Origin: Pyrodictiaceae archaeon
GTDB lineage: Archaea; Thermoproteota; Thermoprotei_A; Sulfolobales; Pyrodictiaceae
Direction of reading: 5' to 3'
Length of the DNA: 64,000 nt
NCBI GenBank assembly: GCA_027036135.1
Contig: JALVSY010000007.1
Span: 580,880 to 644,879 of the forward strand
In this document: positions 39,300 through 49,646 of the stretch, piece after piece
Layout of the letters: every line of letters starts with the position of its first letter
Numbering within the stretch: position 1 is the stretch's first letter
Made by a program: the position numbers and the translations under genes
The notes under the pieces: generated by a model
What the model was told of the DNA's origin: nothing
Databases searched by the model: none
Seen by the model: only the letters and a program-made list of their open reading frames with translations

Positions 39300-39905
39300 C
39301 TATCGGCCTGGTTTCTCGTAGCTTAGTGAGTGGTAGCAGGCTACGTAGTGGCCCGGTGCTACTTCTCTGAGCCCTGGTTCCCTTGTCCTGCACTCTTGTG
39401 TCGCGAAGGGGCATCTGGGGTGCAGTCTACACCCGCTTGGTATCCTTGAGGGGTCTGGTACTTCTCCCCGTAGCTCTACCTGTATTGGCGGCTTCTTCCC
39501 GGATATGCGGGGTATCGCTGTCAATAGGGCGGCTGTGTAGGGGTGCCGGGGCTGCTTCATTATCTCGTTGGCTGGGCCTAGCTCGATTATCTTGCCTAGG
39601 TACATTACTGCTACGCGGTCTGCTACGAGCTTCGCTGTCGCTAAGTCATGTGTTATGAAGAGCATTGAGCTCCCTAGCTTGTCCTTGTAGTCCTTGAGCA
39701 GCTTCAGTATACCTGCCTTGACCGATACGTCTAGGCTAGAGGTCGGCTCATCCGCGACGATGAAGTCTGGCCCGAGGAGCATCGCTCTAATAATTGCTGC
39801 TCTTTGTAGCTGGCCACCGCTTAGCTGGTGAGGGTAGCGCCTAGCAAGGTTCCTTGGCGAGCCAACGCTCTCTAATAGCTCCCGACTCTCGTCCTTGCTA
39901 CGCAA
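39300..39905 (-). pseudogene. OppF/DppF ABC ATPase, C-terminal fragment
   Basis: LSGGQLQR, ADEPTSSLD, HPYT, GCRLHPRC present; Walker A absent. Confidence 0.85.
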
Positions 39906-39912
39906 GAGCCAG

Positions 39913-40239
39913 ATAATGTTAGTCCTTCTAGGATGACATCCAGACTGCATAAACCCAGAGGACTTCCTAGTTCCTCCACAGCGGGGCCAACAAGAGGACT
40001 GGCAGCGGTTACAACAGCCCAGAGGTAGACAAACTACTAGATGAGGCAGTACAGCTAACCAATAGGCAGCAGAGAGGAAAGCTCTACGAGAAGGTACAAG
40101 AGATACTCGCAGAGGACGTACCAATAATACCGCTGCTACAGGGCAAGCTCTTCATAGCGACACAGAAGAACGTGCACGGCGTAAAAGTAGCCCAACAATG
40201 TTGCTACCGTACTACACGCTATATAAGACAACGAGCTAA
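39913..40239 (+). pseudogene. Peptide ABC substrate-binding protein (family 5), C-terminal fragment
   Basis: LG*HPDCINPEDFL / GYNSPEVDKLLDEA...RGKLYEKVQEILAEDVPIIPL, with a stop and frameshifts. Confidence 0.75.
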
Positions 40240-40267
40240 TAGCTCAGCATAAACCCCCATATCGGTA

Positions 40268-40852
40268 TCACCGTGTTTTTTGCTTGGTCAATAGCTTCTC
40301 GTATTTCTTGAGGGCCTCCTTGACGTTCTCTATGACTTCTTCTTCGCTGGGCTCGTCGCTTTCCTCGCCGCTAGTGCTCTCCACGTAGCGCCTATAGGAG
40401 TGAATATAGGTCTCCATGTAGTAGTCTACGAAGCCTCTTAGCCTCTCTAGGTGAGCCTTTGCATTCTCGTTGAGCATGCCGCACCGCTTGTACATGGTCT
40501 CGAGCTCCGCTACGGTGCTAGAGAACGTCATTGCTAATCCCCTTAGATCGTTTATTACGTCCCGTAGCCTGAGCCTACAATTGAGGTAAGCGGCCTCGAC
40601 GCGGAAGTAGTACCATCGCTTATCCCATACCTCTCTATGAGTAGAGGGATCACCGTACATGGTCTCTAGCTCGTGGTAGCGGTACCCTTTCTTCACGAGC
40701 TCGCGTAGAGCCTGCTCAAGGCTGGTCTCGCGCTTCTCCGCGTAGCGGCGTAGCTGCTCGTACTCATCGCCCAGCATTGTTTGGAGGAGGCTCTCTAGCT
40801 CTTTCCGGGACAATTGTTTCTTGCCGCGTCTACCGCCTAGGCCTCTGAACAA
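40268..40852 (-). CDS. Hypothetical helical protein
   Basis: 194-aa charged ORF with gene-like composition. Confidence 0.6.
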   Translation of the reverse strand: MFRGLGGRRGKKQLSRKELESLLQTMLGDEYEQLRRYAEKRETSLEQALRELVKKGYRYHELETMYGDPSTHREVWDKRWYYFRVEAAYLNCRLRLRDVINDLRGLAMTFSSTVAELETMYKRCGMLNENAKAHLERLRGFVDYYMETYIHSYRRYVESTSGEESDEPSEEEVIENVKEALKKYEKLLTKQKTR

Positions 40853-41015
40853 CTATGCCCCCATAGTGCTCGTTGCTTATACCTCTGCGAGGAAATACGG
40901 CTTGCCCCAGTCACCGGTCAGCCCGTATCATGCCCTGGGCGGAGGCGACGACCAGCCGCTACACCAGGGGGTACCATTTTATGTCCCAGGTGTGTTTGTA
41001 GCCCGCACCCCTCGT

Positions 41016-42215
41016 ATGGGGGCTTCTGGCGGGGCTTTGCAGCGACCACTCCTACGCAATGTGAGGGCGCTGGTACTGTTTAGCTTGTTTAGAGGCTTTA
41101 GTGTTAGTGGGTACCAGGCGCTCTTCGCGGCATATATGAAGACTGTTGGCTACGACATGGCCAGTATAGGCGGGGTAGTGACAGCCTCCTCGCTTATGGG
41201 CGCACTCATAGCCCCCGGCTTCGGCGCAGTAATAGACTGTGTCGGCGCAAGAATCATAACGACGCTCACCGGGCTACTACTCGTAGCCAGTCTAGGTCTC
41301 CTAGAGCTGTCCCCGGGTCTCCCAGTGCTAGTAGCGTCCTATACCCTGTTCATGCTCGGCTTCCTCCTAGGCCAGCCAGCGCGCTCCGCGCTAATGGCCC
41401 GCAGTGTTCCAAGAGAGTCACTAGGCTACTACATATCGCTCACAACCACTGCCTTCGCTGTCTCGAGGATAGCGGGTCCCTATCTCTCAGGTCTCATAGT
41501 GGTAAAGAGGAGCTACGTGCTAGCCTTCGCTGTTCTCACCCTAGTAGCGCTCCTAGGCACGATAGTGTTCCACGTACTGTCGGTCGAGGCTGGTAAGAGG
41601 AGGTGCACCAGCCTAGGCAGGGACATTGTAGCCGCCTATAAGAGGTCTCTCCGACCGCACCGTGCTCTGAGGAAGTTCTACCTATTCCTAGTGATTGATC
41701 GTAATTCTTGGAGCCTATGGTTCCCGCTTCTAAGCGCCCAGCTAAAGGCAGCGGGGTACCGCGAGGACATGATAGGCTTATTCTATACATCATCCTCGGT
41801 AATGATGAGTGCCACGAGCATTGCCTGGGGCAAGCTAGCTGATAAGCTGGGCTCAAAGATACTGGCGGTATCGGAGCTACTAGGCCTATTAGCGGTGGTC
41901 TTCGTAGCGGCTATGAAGCCGTGGTACTATCCCCTCCTCGGGCTAAGCTTCGCGGGCCTAAGCATAGCGGCATGGGTACCAGCATATAATCGTGCAATAG
42001 CACTGCTAGCAAGCAGGGAGAACATCGGAGAAGCCTATGCGAGTGCAAACGCTGTACGCAGCCTAGCCGGGGCCCCTACACCGATAATAGGGGGAGCCAT
42101 ATACGACTCCTTTGGAGCGAGAGCCCTCTACACGGTCTCCGGGGCACTACTCCTCTTAGCAGGTATATACGCGTACTACTTCGCGGAGAAGATAGAACAG
42201 GGAGCTAAGGAATAG
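41016..42215 (+). CDS. MFS transporter
   Basis: About 12 TM segments; GAVIDCVGAR and GKLADKLGSK motif-A variants. Probable start ATG 41016. Confidence 0.88.
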   Translation: MGASGGALQRPLLRNVRALVLFSLFRGFSVSGYQALFAAYMKTVGYDMASIGGVVTASSLMGALIAPGFGAVIDCVGARIITTLTGLLLVASLGLLELSPGLPVLVASYTLFMLGFLLGQPARSALMARSVPRESLGYYISLTTTAFAVSRIAGPYLSGLIVVKRSYVLAFAVLTLVALLGTIVFHVLSVEAGKRRCTSLGRDIVAAYKRSLRPHRALRKFYLFLVIDRNSWSLWFPLLSAQLKAAGYREDMIGLFYTSSSVMMSATSIAWGKLADKLGSKILAVSELLGLLAVVFVAAMKPWYYPLLGLSFAGLSIAAWVPAYNRAIALLASRENIGEAYASANAVRSLAGAPTPIIGGAIYDSFGARALYTVSGALLLLAGIYAYYFAEKIEQGAKE

Positions 42216-42230
42216 CACGGCCTGGTAGCG

Positions 42231-42644
42231 ATGCATAGGCTCACAAGGATGCACATAGCTCTAGTGGCTCTGGCCCCGGCCTATGCCCTGCTATGCCGCT
42301 ACATCTATACACACGTAGCGGCTACAAGCAACACGGTTTACGTTGTTCTCGTATCAGTGCTCTCTTTCCTATACCTAGTAGAAACAGTGATAGCTATTCT
42401 AAGCCTTATAGTCACGCTCGCTGCCAGGGCGTTCGCGGACCTAGTAATAGTGATAATTTATTCTCTCTACTCGCTCTCCGTGCTAAAACAAGCAACTAGC
42501 CTAAGCCTAACCGGAGCCCTCACAGCCCTAGTCTTCCTAGCCGGGTTCTCATCATCCCTCTACAGCGTGATAGATGCCGGCAAAATGCTGTTCACAGATA
42601 CGCGTAGAAGGAAGAGACAACTAGACTTCTTCGTAAGAACCTAG
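42231..42644 (+). CDS. Small membrane protein
   Basis: Four hydrophobic segments. Confidence 0.6.
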   Translation: MHRLTRMHIALVALAPAYALLCRYIYTHVAATSNTVYVVLVSVLSFLYLVETVIAILSLIVTLAARAFADLVIVIIYSLYSLSVLKQATSLSLTGALTALVFLAGFSSSLYSVIDAGKMLFTDTRRRKRQLDFFVRT

Positions 42645-42688
42645 GTCTATAAAAAGTAGGGTATATTAAATTGTGTAGAAATAGGGGC

Positions 42689-43045
42689 TTAGGCCTCCTT
42701 TAAGAGACCTTTTTCCTTTGCCTTCTCAACGACTATTCTTGCCAACTGCTCTTTCTCCATGTTATCGGCGTTGTCAACGCCTAGCTTCTTTGCTAGCGCT
42801 TTTAGAGTTTCCTCGTCAATATCGTTAGTTGGCTTAACCTTTTCTTCTTTTTTCTTTTCTTCCTCTTCTATTAGTCCCTGTGATGCTCTGCGGAACTCGA
42901 ATACTGCTTGTCCCAGGCCTCTCGCTAGCTGTGGTAGTTTTGATGGACCGAATATTAGCAGTATTATGAACAGTAGTATTATCCACTCAAACCCGTTGAG
43001 GAAGTCGAACTGCGCCTTATAGACAGGATAGTGGAGCGGGAGCAT
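42689..43045 (-). CDS. tatA: Twin-arginine translocase TatA/E
   Basis: EWIILL...LIFGPSKLPQLARGLGQAV.EFRRA. Confidence 0.93.
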   Translation of the reverse strand: MLPLHYPVYKAQFDFLNGFEWIILLFIILLIFGPSKLPQLARGLGQAVFEFRRASQGLIEEEEKKKEEKVKPTNDIDEETLKALAKKLGVDNADNMEKEQLARIVVEKAKEKGLLKEA

Positions 43046-43125
43046 TGGTTCTCATCTCTGTCTTTCTTATATTTTTGAAGATACCTGCCCCGTTTTATCA
43101 AGGTACTCGTAGAGAGAGCGCTTAA

Positions 43126-44001
43126 TTACTTTTTCGTAGAACTCTTATTATTCGCTCCCTTTTGTAGCCACGGTCTCGAATACTCAACGTGTATTACTAC
43201 ATCGCATCCTCTTTTATGTAGCTCATCCATGACCTCGTCAGCCAATATATCCGCTATATCTGGTGTTAAGCCTTTTCGAGGCTCTACAATCATGTCACCG
43301 GAGCAGTGCTGCTCATCAATCATTCTTAGCCTAATAATTGTGGGTATAAGGCCTCGTAGCTCTGCCTCGCGGGCAACCTCTTCATAGACGCGTTGGGGAG
43401 GACTTGTATCCGCGATTGCTCTTACCAAGTGTTGATGCGTCTCGATGGCCTCGTAGAACAAGTATAGGAGTATTATTATGGCGCCTACTAGGTCGAAGAC
43501 GTAGCCTTTCGTGTAGCCTAGCCAAGTGCTCGGAATAACTACGCCTGCCTCTATTAGCTCGCCAGCGGTGAAGCCGGCATAGACCCTTATGCTCTCATCA
43601 AGGTTCCTCGAGAAAGCTATGGCTACGGCATAGAATGCTGCACCCGTGATTGCTGCGTAAGCGCTTCCCTCCTCTACACGGTACCCGTGGGAGCTATAGC
43701 AGAGTGTTGCGGCGGAGAACCCGGCTATAAACATGTAAATTGAGAGAATCGCGGCTATGCCGCCATATCTGAGCCTCATGTGCCCGAAGGGGTGATCCGT
43801 GTCAGGCGGCTTCATTGACTCTGAGAGATAGTATAGTACTACGAAGAGAGATGCGAGATTAGCAATGCTGGTCAATGCGTCTACGAAGAGGGCCCGGCTA
43901 CCATAGAGTAGCGAGCCGAGTATCTTGGAGAGAGCGCCTAGCAGGGCAAAAACCGTGACGAGTAAGAGCCTTCCGCGGAGGATGTATCGTAGCCTATTCA
44001 T
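43126..44001 (-). CDS. Cation diffusion facilitator family transporter
   Basis: GS.ALFVDA, KPPDTDHPFGH, C-terminal VVIHVE; metal ligands partly divergent. Confidence 0.8.
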   Translation of the reverse strand: MNRLRYILRGRLLLVTVFALLGALSKILGSLLYGSRALFVDALTSIANLASLFVVLYYLSESMKPPDTDHPFGHMRLRYGGIAAILSIYMFIAGFSAATLCYSSHGYRVEEGSAYAAITGAAFYAVAIAFSRNLDESIRVYAGFTAGELIEAGVVIPSTWLGYTKGYVFDLVGAIIILLYLFYEAIETHQHLVRAIADTSPPQRVYEEVAREAELRGLIPTIIRLRMIDEQHCSGDMIVEPRKGLTPDIADILADEVMDELHKRGCDVVIHVEYSRPWLQKGANNKSSTKK

Positions 44002-44079
44002 GCTTCTAGCCGCTCCTCTTTGTGTCTCTAGCCGCTTAGCCTCTCCATGCGTACTCTATTATTAATCATTAATCCCGGT

Positions 44080-45702
44080 CTACTTTCTCTTCGCAACTAG
44101 TATCGCTGCTACTATTATCACTATAGCGGCTATTATCGAGCCCACTACTATGCCGCTAGCCTTCTTGGCGCCCTGCTTTGTCGTAGTTGCTCCTGTCGCC
44201 GTTGTTGCGGATGTGGATGAGGTTGTTGCACTAGTTTTCGTCCCTGTTGCCTGCGCCGTGGTTGTTGTGCTCGTTGTACTTGTTGTCTTTGTCCGCGTCG
44301 TTGTGGATAACGGGCTAGTAGTTTTGGTTATCCTTGGCATCGTGGTAGATGGTGGCGCTAGCTGTTTTATCTCGACTTTTAGTGCTGGTAGCTCGGAGAT
44401 CGTTGCCACCGTCTTGGATACCTTTACGTTGCTAGTTGCTGGTTCTATCTCAACCATGTTTGGTACTAGGTTCTCTGCTCCAGGGAGTACTGGTTCGAGT
44501 CTTTTTAGCTGGCTTCTTAGCTGGACTAGCTGGGCTGAGAGCAGAGTAAGCATCTTCTCAGCATCGGTTGACGGGTTACCGCTACTAGGCGTTATTCTCT
44601 GCCTAGGTCCCTCGTAGTAAACATCTATCACTACCTTGTCGCCACTGGTATAGATGTGTACCTCTGCCTCGGACTTTGTGGGCGGCACTGCTACTACTGG
44701 CAGGCTTGGCTGCTCCGCTCTAGTCATGGAGCTTACTAGGAGTATTTGTAATAGTTGCTGGTTCCCTGTCGCCTGCGCTATTCTCCGCATTAGTGCCGTT
44801 ACTAGCTCGTTCACTAGAGGGGCTGCCTCCTTGTAGACTTTCTCTGCCTTGGCTATATCCCCTTTGGTCTTGCTGTCATAGCTTAGCGTGAAAGCTATCT
44901 TTGTCTTTGTTGTCTCGGCTTTAAGTACCAGCTCGGTCTCGGACTTTATGCTCAGCCTTGTCTCGAGGAGCTTCTTGAGCTTAGCTGCATCCGCGGAGGG
45001 CATACCAGCCGCTACGGCGTCCTCTAGCATCTTGTCGATATCTATTACACCGCTTACAGTTATCTTTGTTTTTCTACCCTCCTCTAGCATTGCTCCAATT
45101 GACTTGATCTCTACGAAGTCAATTCCCTTTGCCGCTAGCTCCTTGTTTATCTTGTCGACGCTAGGCACCTTACTAGTAGTGGTCTCGCTAGGCTTGACCC
45201 CCTTTGCCTCAAGCTCTAGGTGGAACAGTGCCTTAGAAGAGTTCGTAGCCCTTATAGAGGCGTCATCGATCTTAATCGTTACCTCGCTTGTCTCGTTACT
45301 AAACATTATCGTGCCGCTTAGCTCTGCTACAACATTGGTGTCTTTCTGGCTGGTCTTAGCCTTTATATCCACGAATAGTTTGCTATTGCTCGTGTTCAGG
45401 CTCGGAGACTCAATTGTGCCGCTTAGCTCTGCTTTACTAGAGCTACTCGTGTTCTCGTAGCTGCTCCTATAGTCAAGGCTAATATCTATCTTTGAGTTAT
45501 TGAGGGAGCCTGGCGGTAGAGCTATAGAGGCCTTGAGAACGTATATTGGCTTAACAGAGCCGTCAGGATAGACTTTGAGCTTTAGCTCCGACTTCTCTAT
45601 GTTGAAGCTTAGCCCGGTGACTTGCTGAGCGGCCACGCTCTGAGCGATGAGCGGCAAGAGGAATAGTACCAGCACGGATAAGCCTAGGACTCTGCGCGTC
45701 AT
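44080..45702 (-). CDS. Secreted surface protein with Thr-rich linker and C-terminal TM anchor
   Basis: Signal peptide (MTRRVLGL...VAA), poly-Thr stalk, TM followed by KRK. Confidence 0.78.
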   Translation of the reverse strand: MTRRVLGLSVLVLFLLPLIAQSVAAQQVTGLSFNIEKSELKLKVYPDGSVKPIYVLKASIALPPGSLNNSKIDISLDYRSSYENTSSSSKAELSGTIESPSLNTSNSKLFVDIKAKTSQKDTNVVAELSGTIMFSNETSEVTIKIDDASIRATNSSKALFHLELEAKGVKPSETTTSKVPSVDKINKELAAKGIDFVEIKSIGAMLEEGRKTKITVSGVIDIDKMLEDAVAAGMPSADAAKLKKLLETRLSIKSETELVLKAETTKTKIAFTLSYDSKTKGDIAKAEKVYKEAAPLVNELVTALMRRIAQATGNQQLLQILLVSSMTRAEQPSLPVVAVPPTKSEAEVHIYTSGDKVVIDVYYEGPRQRITPSSGNPSTDAEKMLTLLSAQLVQLRSQLKRLEPVLPGAENLVPNMVEIEPATSNVKVSKTVATISELPALKVEIKQLAPPSTTMPRITKTTSPLSTTTRTKTTSTTSTTTTAQATGTKTSATTSSTSATTATGATTTKQGAKKASGIVVGSIIAAIVIIVAAILVAKRK

Positions 45703-45870
45703 AACCAAACCTAACCCCACTACTCTCATACAGCTAGGAATAAACAACACAGTATTATATCTATATAATGTTCTTCGGCGCAGAGCTTATCGTCTACCCT
45801 TCTTTAAGGGAGTATCGCTAGGCCCTTAGAGCCCCGGAGCCCATATACTAGCCTAGAGGGCTGGGAAGAG

Positions 45871-46137
45871 TTGCCGCGCATACCCGCCAAGAGCTATGAG
45901 TGCGAGGAACCACCCTGCCTACACGTAGTTGTTGATTATCCTCGCAAGCTCTTCGCAGTCTTTCTCGAGACTAGTGACGGCGAGGTAGTCTACGTTCCCT
46001 TTGAGAGACTTGAGAAGGCTTACAGGGAGGCCTCGGGGCTGGCTCGTCGTCACTTCCGGGAGGCAAGGGGCGAGGAGATTGATAGGCTTGCCCAGGAGTT
46101 CTTAGAAGCAGAGCCAGTAGAGGATGAGGAGTCTTGA
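45871..46137 (+). CDS. Small acidic hypothetical protein
   Basis: 88 aa; 4-nt overlap with the NUDIX gene. Confidence 0.65.
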   Translation: MPRIPAKSYECEEPPCLHVVVDYPRKLFAVFLETSDGEVVYVPFERLEKAYREASGLARRHFREARGEEIDRLAQEFLEAEPVEDEES

Positions 46138-46613
46138 AGCCACGGGGACCCGTCCTCGGTGTTGGCGCACTCGTGGTACGCGGTAGCGGGGAAAACCTAG
46201 AGATCCTCCTAGTGAGGCGCCGTTACCCGCCATTCGAGGGCATGTGGAGCATACCCGGCGGGCATGTTGAGCCCGGGGAGCCGCTGCTAGAGGCTGCTAG
46301 GAGAGAGCTAAGGGAGGAGACAGGCATCGAGGCGGAGCCAAAGGGGATAATCCATGTACATGAGCTAGTGGCGGAGGGGCATAATGGCCTCACTCACTAC
46401 GTTCTAGTAGATGTACTAATGGAGTACAATGGGGGCGAGCCACGCGCAGCAAGTGACGCGGCCGAGGCACGCTTCGTTCCTTATCAGGAGGCTCTTGGCC
46501 TAGAACTTACTCCTAGTGCTAGACAGTTCCTCGAGAACCTGCCCAGCATATTAAAGAAAAAGTGCTTACTAAAACCAATGAGGTACGAGGAGAGCCTAGG
46601 GCCTTACTCCTAG
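46134..46613 (+). CDS. NUDIX hydrolase
   Basis: PGGHVEPGE....AARRELREETG. Confidence 0.92.
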   Translation: MKPRGPVLGVGALVVRGSGENLEILLVRRRYPPFEGMWSIPGGHVEPGEPLLEAARRELREETGIEAEPKGIIHVHELVAEGHNGLTHYVLVDVLMEYNGGEPRAASDAAEARFVPYQEALGLELTPSARQFLENLPSILKKKCLLKPMRYEESLGPYS

Positions 46614-49568
46614 TGCTAGCTCGTTACCCTCTACCTTCCACTTCTTGGCGCCCTCGGGAACGGTGTCAACAAGTCTTAGTTCCCGAACCCTTACTTCTCT
46701 CTTTATGAACTCAGCGTGCTTCTCAACAGCCTCTCTCAAGTCGCCAGTAGCGTAGACTAGTAGCTTAGCCGCCACGTGGTCTACTGGGAGGTCTAGCTCC
46801 TTTCTCAACACCTGTGCTCTCCTAACTACTTCTCTTGCTAGGCCCTCTAGCAGGGTCTCCCGGTCAAGCTCCATGTCAACGAGTATCTTCATGTCGTCGG
46901 TCTCCACGACTAGTGCCTTACTAGCCCACTCGGGCTCCTTGCTTAGCACCTCCACGTTCTTTATGTTAGCGAACCTTGCTAGCACGTGGCTAGCCTCATT
47001 AATTGTTTCCACTAGCTCGTTGTTCTTGGCGATTATCGCTGCTCTCCTTAGGGGCCATCTCCTCTTAAGCCTCTTCTCGCTACGAGCTGCTAGCACCTTC
47101 TCAGCGGCCTCCAGGAACTCCTCTACAACCCTATGGGTCTTCTCGTCTAAGAGATCGCTGGGAACCACGGGCCATGGCTGGAGATGAACCGTCTCTGGCT
47201 CCTCGGGCTCGTACTTCTTCACGAATGCCTGGTAGAGGTACTCCGTTATGAACGGGGTAACCGGGGCCATCATGGCTAGGGTGTTCTTGAGCACGTAGTA
47301 GAGCGTGGCGTATGCAGCGTCCTTGCTCTTGGTCATCTCTTCTTCCCAGACCCTTGGCCTTATCAATGGTATGTAGCGGTGGCTTACCTGCTCTACCACG
47401 AAGTCAACTATTGCTTGGACTGCTTGGTGCATGTTATCGCTCTCTATAGCGTCGCTAACGGTTCTCAGGGCCTCGTGGAGCCGGTAGATTATCCACTTAT
47501 CCTCTGGTGCTAGTGCCGTGCTGCTTGGCGGCTTGGGTCTCCACTTGTCTAGCTCCATGTAGGTGTCTGCGAACTTCACGGTGTTCCATAGTATGTTGAG
47601 GTAGCCCTGGTACCTCTTCACCTCGTCTGGGTCAAAGTTGATGCTATCCCAGGGCGCGCGGCTCATAAGGAATATCCTCATTGGGTCGGCTCCGTTCTTC
47701 TCCATCCACTCGAGGGCCCATATGACGTTGCCCTTGCTCTTGCTCATCTTCTTCCCATACTTGTCGAGGACATGGCCCTGGAGCAGCACTTCTCGGTAGG
47801 GCTTCTCCCCGTACCAAATCGTGCTTGTAGTTAGCAGGGTGTAGAACCAGCCACGGGTCTGGTCAGCTGCCTCCGTTATCCACTTGTAGGGGAACAGCTT
47901 CTCCCATAAGTGTAGCCAGTTGTACTGGGCAAGGGAAGCAGTGTGCGCTACGCCGCTGTCCATCCATACATCGACTACGAATGGCTCCCTCTTCATTACT
48001 CCTCCGCACTTAGGGCACCGGAGCTCGACACGGTCTATGCCTGGGCGGTGTGGGTCGTTAGGGACCTTTGAGGGATCGGTGGCGAGTTTCTTTAGCTCCT
48101 CGAGGCTCCCTACAACTACTACGTGGCCACAGCTAGTGCACTTCCACACGGGTAGCGGGGTGCCCCAGTACCTTTCCCTGCTAATACACCAGTCCTTGGC
48201 GTTCTCTACCCAGTCTCCCATCCTCTTAGCAGCCCAGCTAGGAGCCCACCTCATCGAGTAGACGTGTTTGCTCATCTCCCTGCGTATCTCGTCGCTTATC
48301 CTTATGAACCATTGGCGGGAGGCGTAGTAGAAGAGCCTTGTGCCACAGCGCCAGCAGAACGGGTACTCGTGGCGATAAGTACCAGCATGCACCAGTAGCC
48401 CCTTGGAGCGCAGCACCTCTATTACCTTGTCGTTGGCCTTCTCGAACCAGAGGCCCTTGAACACGCCTGCCTCGTCGCTGAAGTAGCCGTCCTCGCGTAG
48501 CGGGGTATAGACCTCTACACCCGTTTTCTGTGCTAGCTCGAAGTCCTCGGGGCCGTGAGCCGGTGCTGCGTGGACTATCCCAGTACCCTCCTCCATTGTG
48601 ACCCATTCAGCCGCGTAGACTGTGTGGTAGGGCTTCTCGTCGTGTCCTTGGTGGTACGGCACCTCCTCTAGCAATGGGTGCCTGTAACGGAGCCCCTCCA
48701 GCTCCCGGCCCCTAATCTTCTCAACGACACTGTATTTCTCGAGACCGACGTCCTTGGCGAAGGCTTCTAGCCTCTTCTCAGCCACTATCCACTTCTCGCC
48801 ACCAACATCTATGACCATGTAGTCCTCGTCTGGATGGACAGCAGCCATCTCATTAGCTATTATTGTCCACGGCGTAGTAGTCCACGCCACGAGGTACGTG
48901 CCTGGCTTATCCAGCAGGGGTAGCTTGAAGTAGACGCTCGGATCATCAACCTCCTCATAGCCCTGTGCTACCTCGTGGCTGCTAAGCGCTGTGCCGCACC
49001 GAGGACAGCGAGGCACTACGCGGCGGCCTTCGTAGAGGAGTCCTCTCTCATGAGCCCGTTTTATGAAGCTCCAAACAGTCTCTATGTAGCGTGGATGCCT
49101 CGTCTGGTAAGCGTGCTCGTAGTCTAGCCAGAGCCCCAGCCTCTTACTGGCCTTCTCCCAGTGCTCTATGTAGTAGTCGACGAGCTTCTTACACTCCTCT
49201 ATGAAGCGCTCGACACCGTACTTCTCTATGTCCCTCTTGGTCTTGAACCCCAGCTTCTTCTCAACCTCGAGCTCTACGGGGAGACCCTGGGTATCCCAGC
49301 CAGCCTGGTCCCAGACACGGTAGCCCTTCATCCTAGCGTAGCGCAGCTTAACGTCCTTGAGGGTTCTCCCCCTTGCATGGCCTACGTGCATAAAGCCATT
49401 AGCTGTAGGAGGTCCCTCGAGGAAAGCGAATACGGGTTTATCCCTTCTCTCGTCCCAGGTCCTTTTCTTGACGAGCTCGTATACCTTGTTCTTTTCCCAG
49501 AACTCCAGAACCCAGTTCTCAACGTCTAGTGGCCTGTAGCTACGCCCAAGCCTTGGCCGCGCGAATAA
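46596..49568 (-). CDS. ileS: Isoleucyl-tRNA synthetase; no canonical in-frame start at the true 5' end
   Basis: EGPPTANGFMHVGH, WTTTPWT, WCISRERYWGTP, KMSKSKGN. The conserved N-terminus extends 59 codons upstream of the track ORF. Confidence 0.95.
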   Translation of the reverse strand, partial: LFARPRLGRSYRPLDVENWVLEFWEKNKVYELVKKRTWDERRDKPVFAFLEGPPTANGFMHVGHARGRTLKDVKLRYARMKGYRVWDQAGWDTQGLPVELEVEKKLGFKTKRDIEKYGVERFIEECKKLVDYYIEHWEKASKRLGLWLDYEHAYQTRHPRYIETVWSFIKRAHERGLLYEGRRVVPRCPRCGTALSSHEVAQGYEEVDDPSVYFKLPLLDKPGTYLVAWTTTPWTIIANEMAAVHPDEDYMVIDVGGEKWIVAEKRLEAFAKDVGLEKYSVVEKIRGRELEGLRYRHPLLEEVPYHQGHDEKPYHTVYAAEWVTMEEGTGIVHAAPAHGPEDFELAQKTGVEVYTPLREDGYFSDEAGVFKGLWFEKANDKVIEVLRSKGLLVHAGTYRHEYPFCWRCGTRLFYYASRQWFIRISDEIRREMSKHVYSMRWAPSWAAKRMGDWVENAKDWCISRERYWGTPLPVWKCTSCGHVVVVGSLEELKKLATDPSKVPNDPHRPGIDRVELRCPKCGGVMKREPFVVDVWMDSGVAHTASLAQYNWLHLWEKLFPYKWITEAADQTRGWFYTLLTTSTIWYGEKPYREVLLQGHVLDKYGKKMSKSKGNVIWALEWMEKNGADPMRIFLMSRAPWDSINFDPDEVKRYQGYLNILWNTVKFADTYMELDKWRPKPPSSTALAPEDKWIIYRLHEALRTVSDAIESDNMHQAVQAIVDFVVEQVSHRYIPLIRPRVWEEEMTKSKDAAYATLYYVLKNTLAMMAPVTPFITEYLYQAFVKKYEPEEPETVHLQPWPVVPSDLLDEKTHRVVEEFLEAAEKVLAARSEKRLKRRWPLRRAAIIAKNNELVETINEASHVLARFANIKNVEVLSKEPEWASKALVVETDDMKILVDMELDRETLLEGLAREVVRRAQVLRKELDLPVDHVAAKLLVYATGDLREAVEKHAEFIKREVRVRELRLVDTVPEGAKKWKVEGNELALGVRP

Positions 49569-49646
49569 TAGTCATCACCGAGGACTAGGCAAGAGCCTGG
49601 GTCTCTATTAAAGCTTTAACTATTGCAGAAGGCTGTGCAGGGAAGC

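Noticed and set aside
40900-40977. GC-rich possible hairpin upstream of the MFS gene
   Set aside because: Box motifs are incomplete and the fold is not convincing by eye.
44170-44350. Repetitive GTT/TGT-rich DNA
   Set aside because: Explained by the Thr-rich linker of the surface protein.
44150-45460. Long antisense ORFs here and opposite pdxS, ppsA, lysK, ileS and others
   Set aside because: They are shadows of well-supported genes caused by codon bias, with no motifs of their own.
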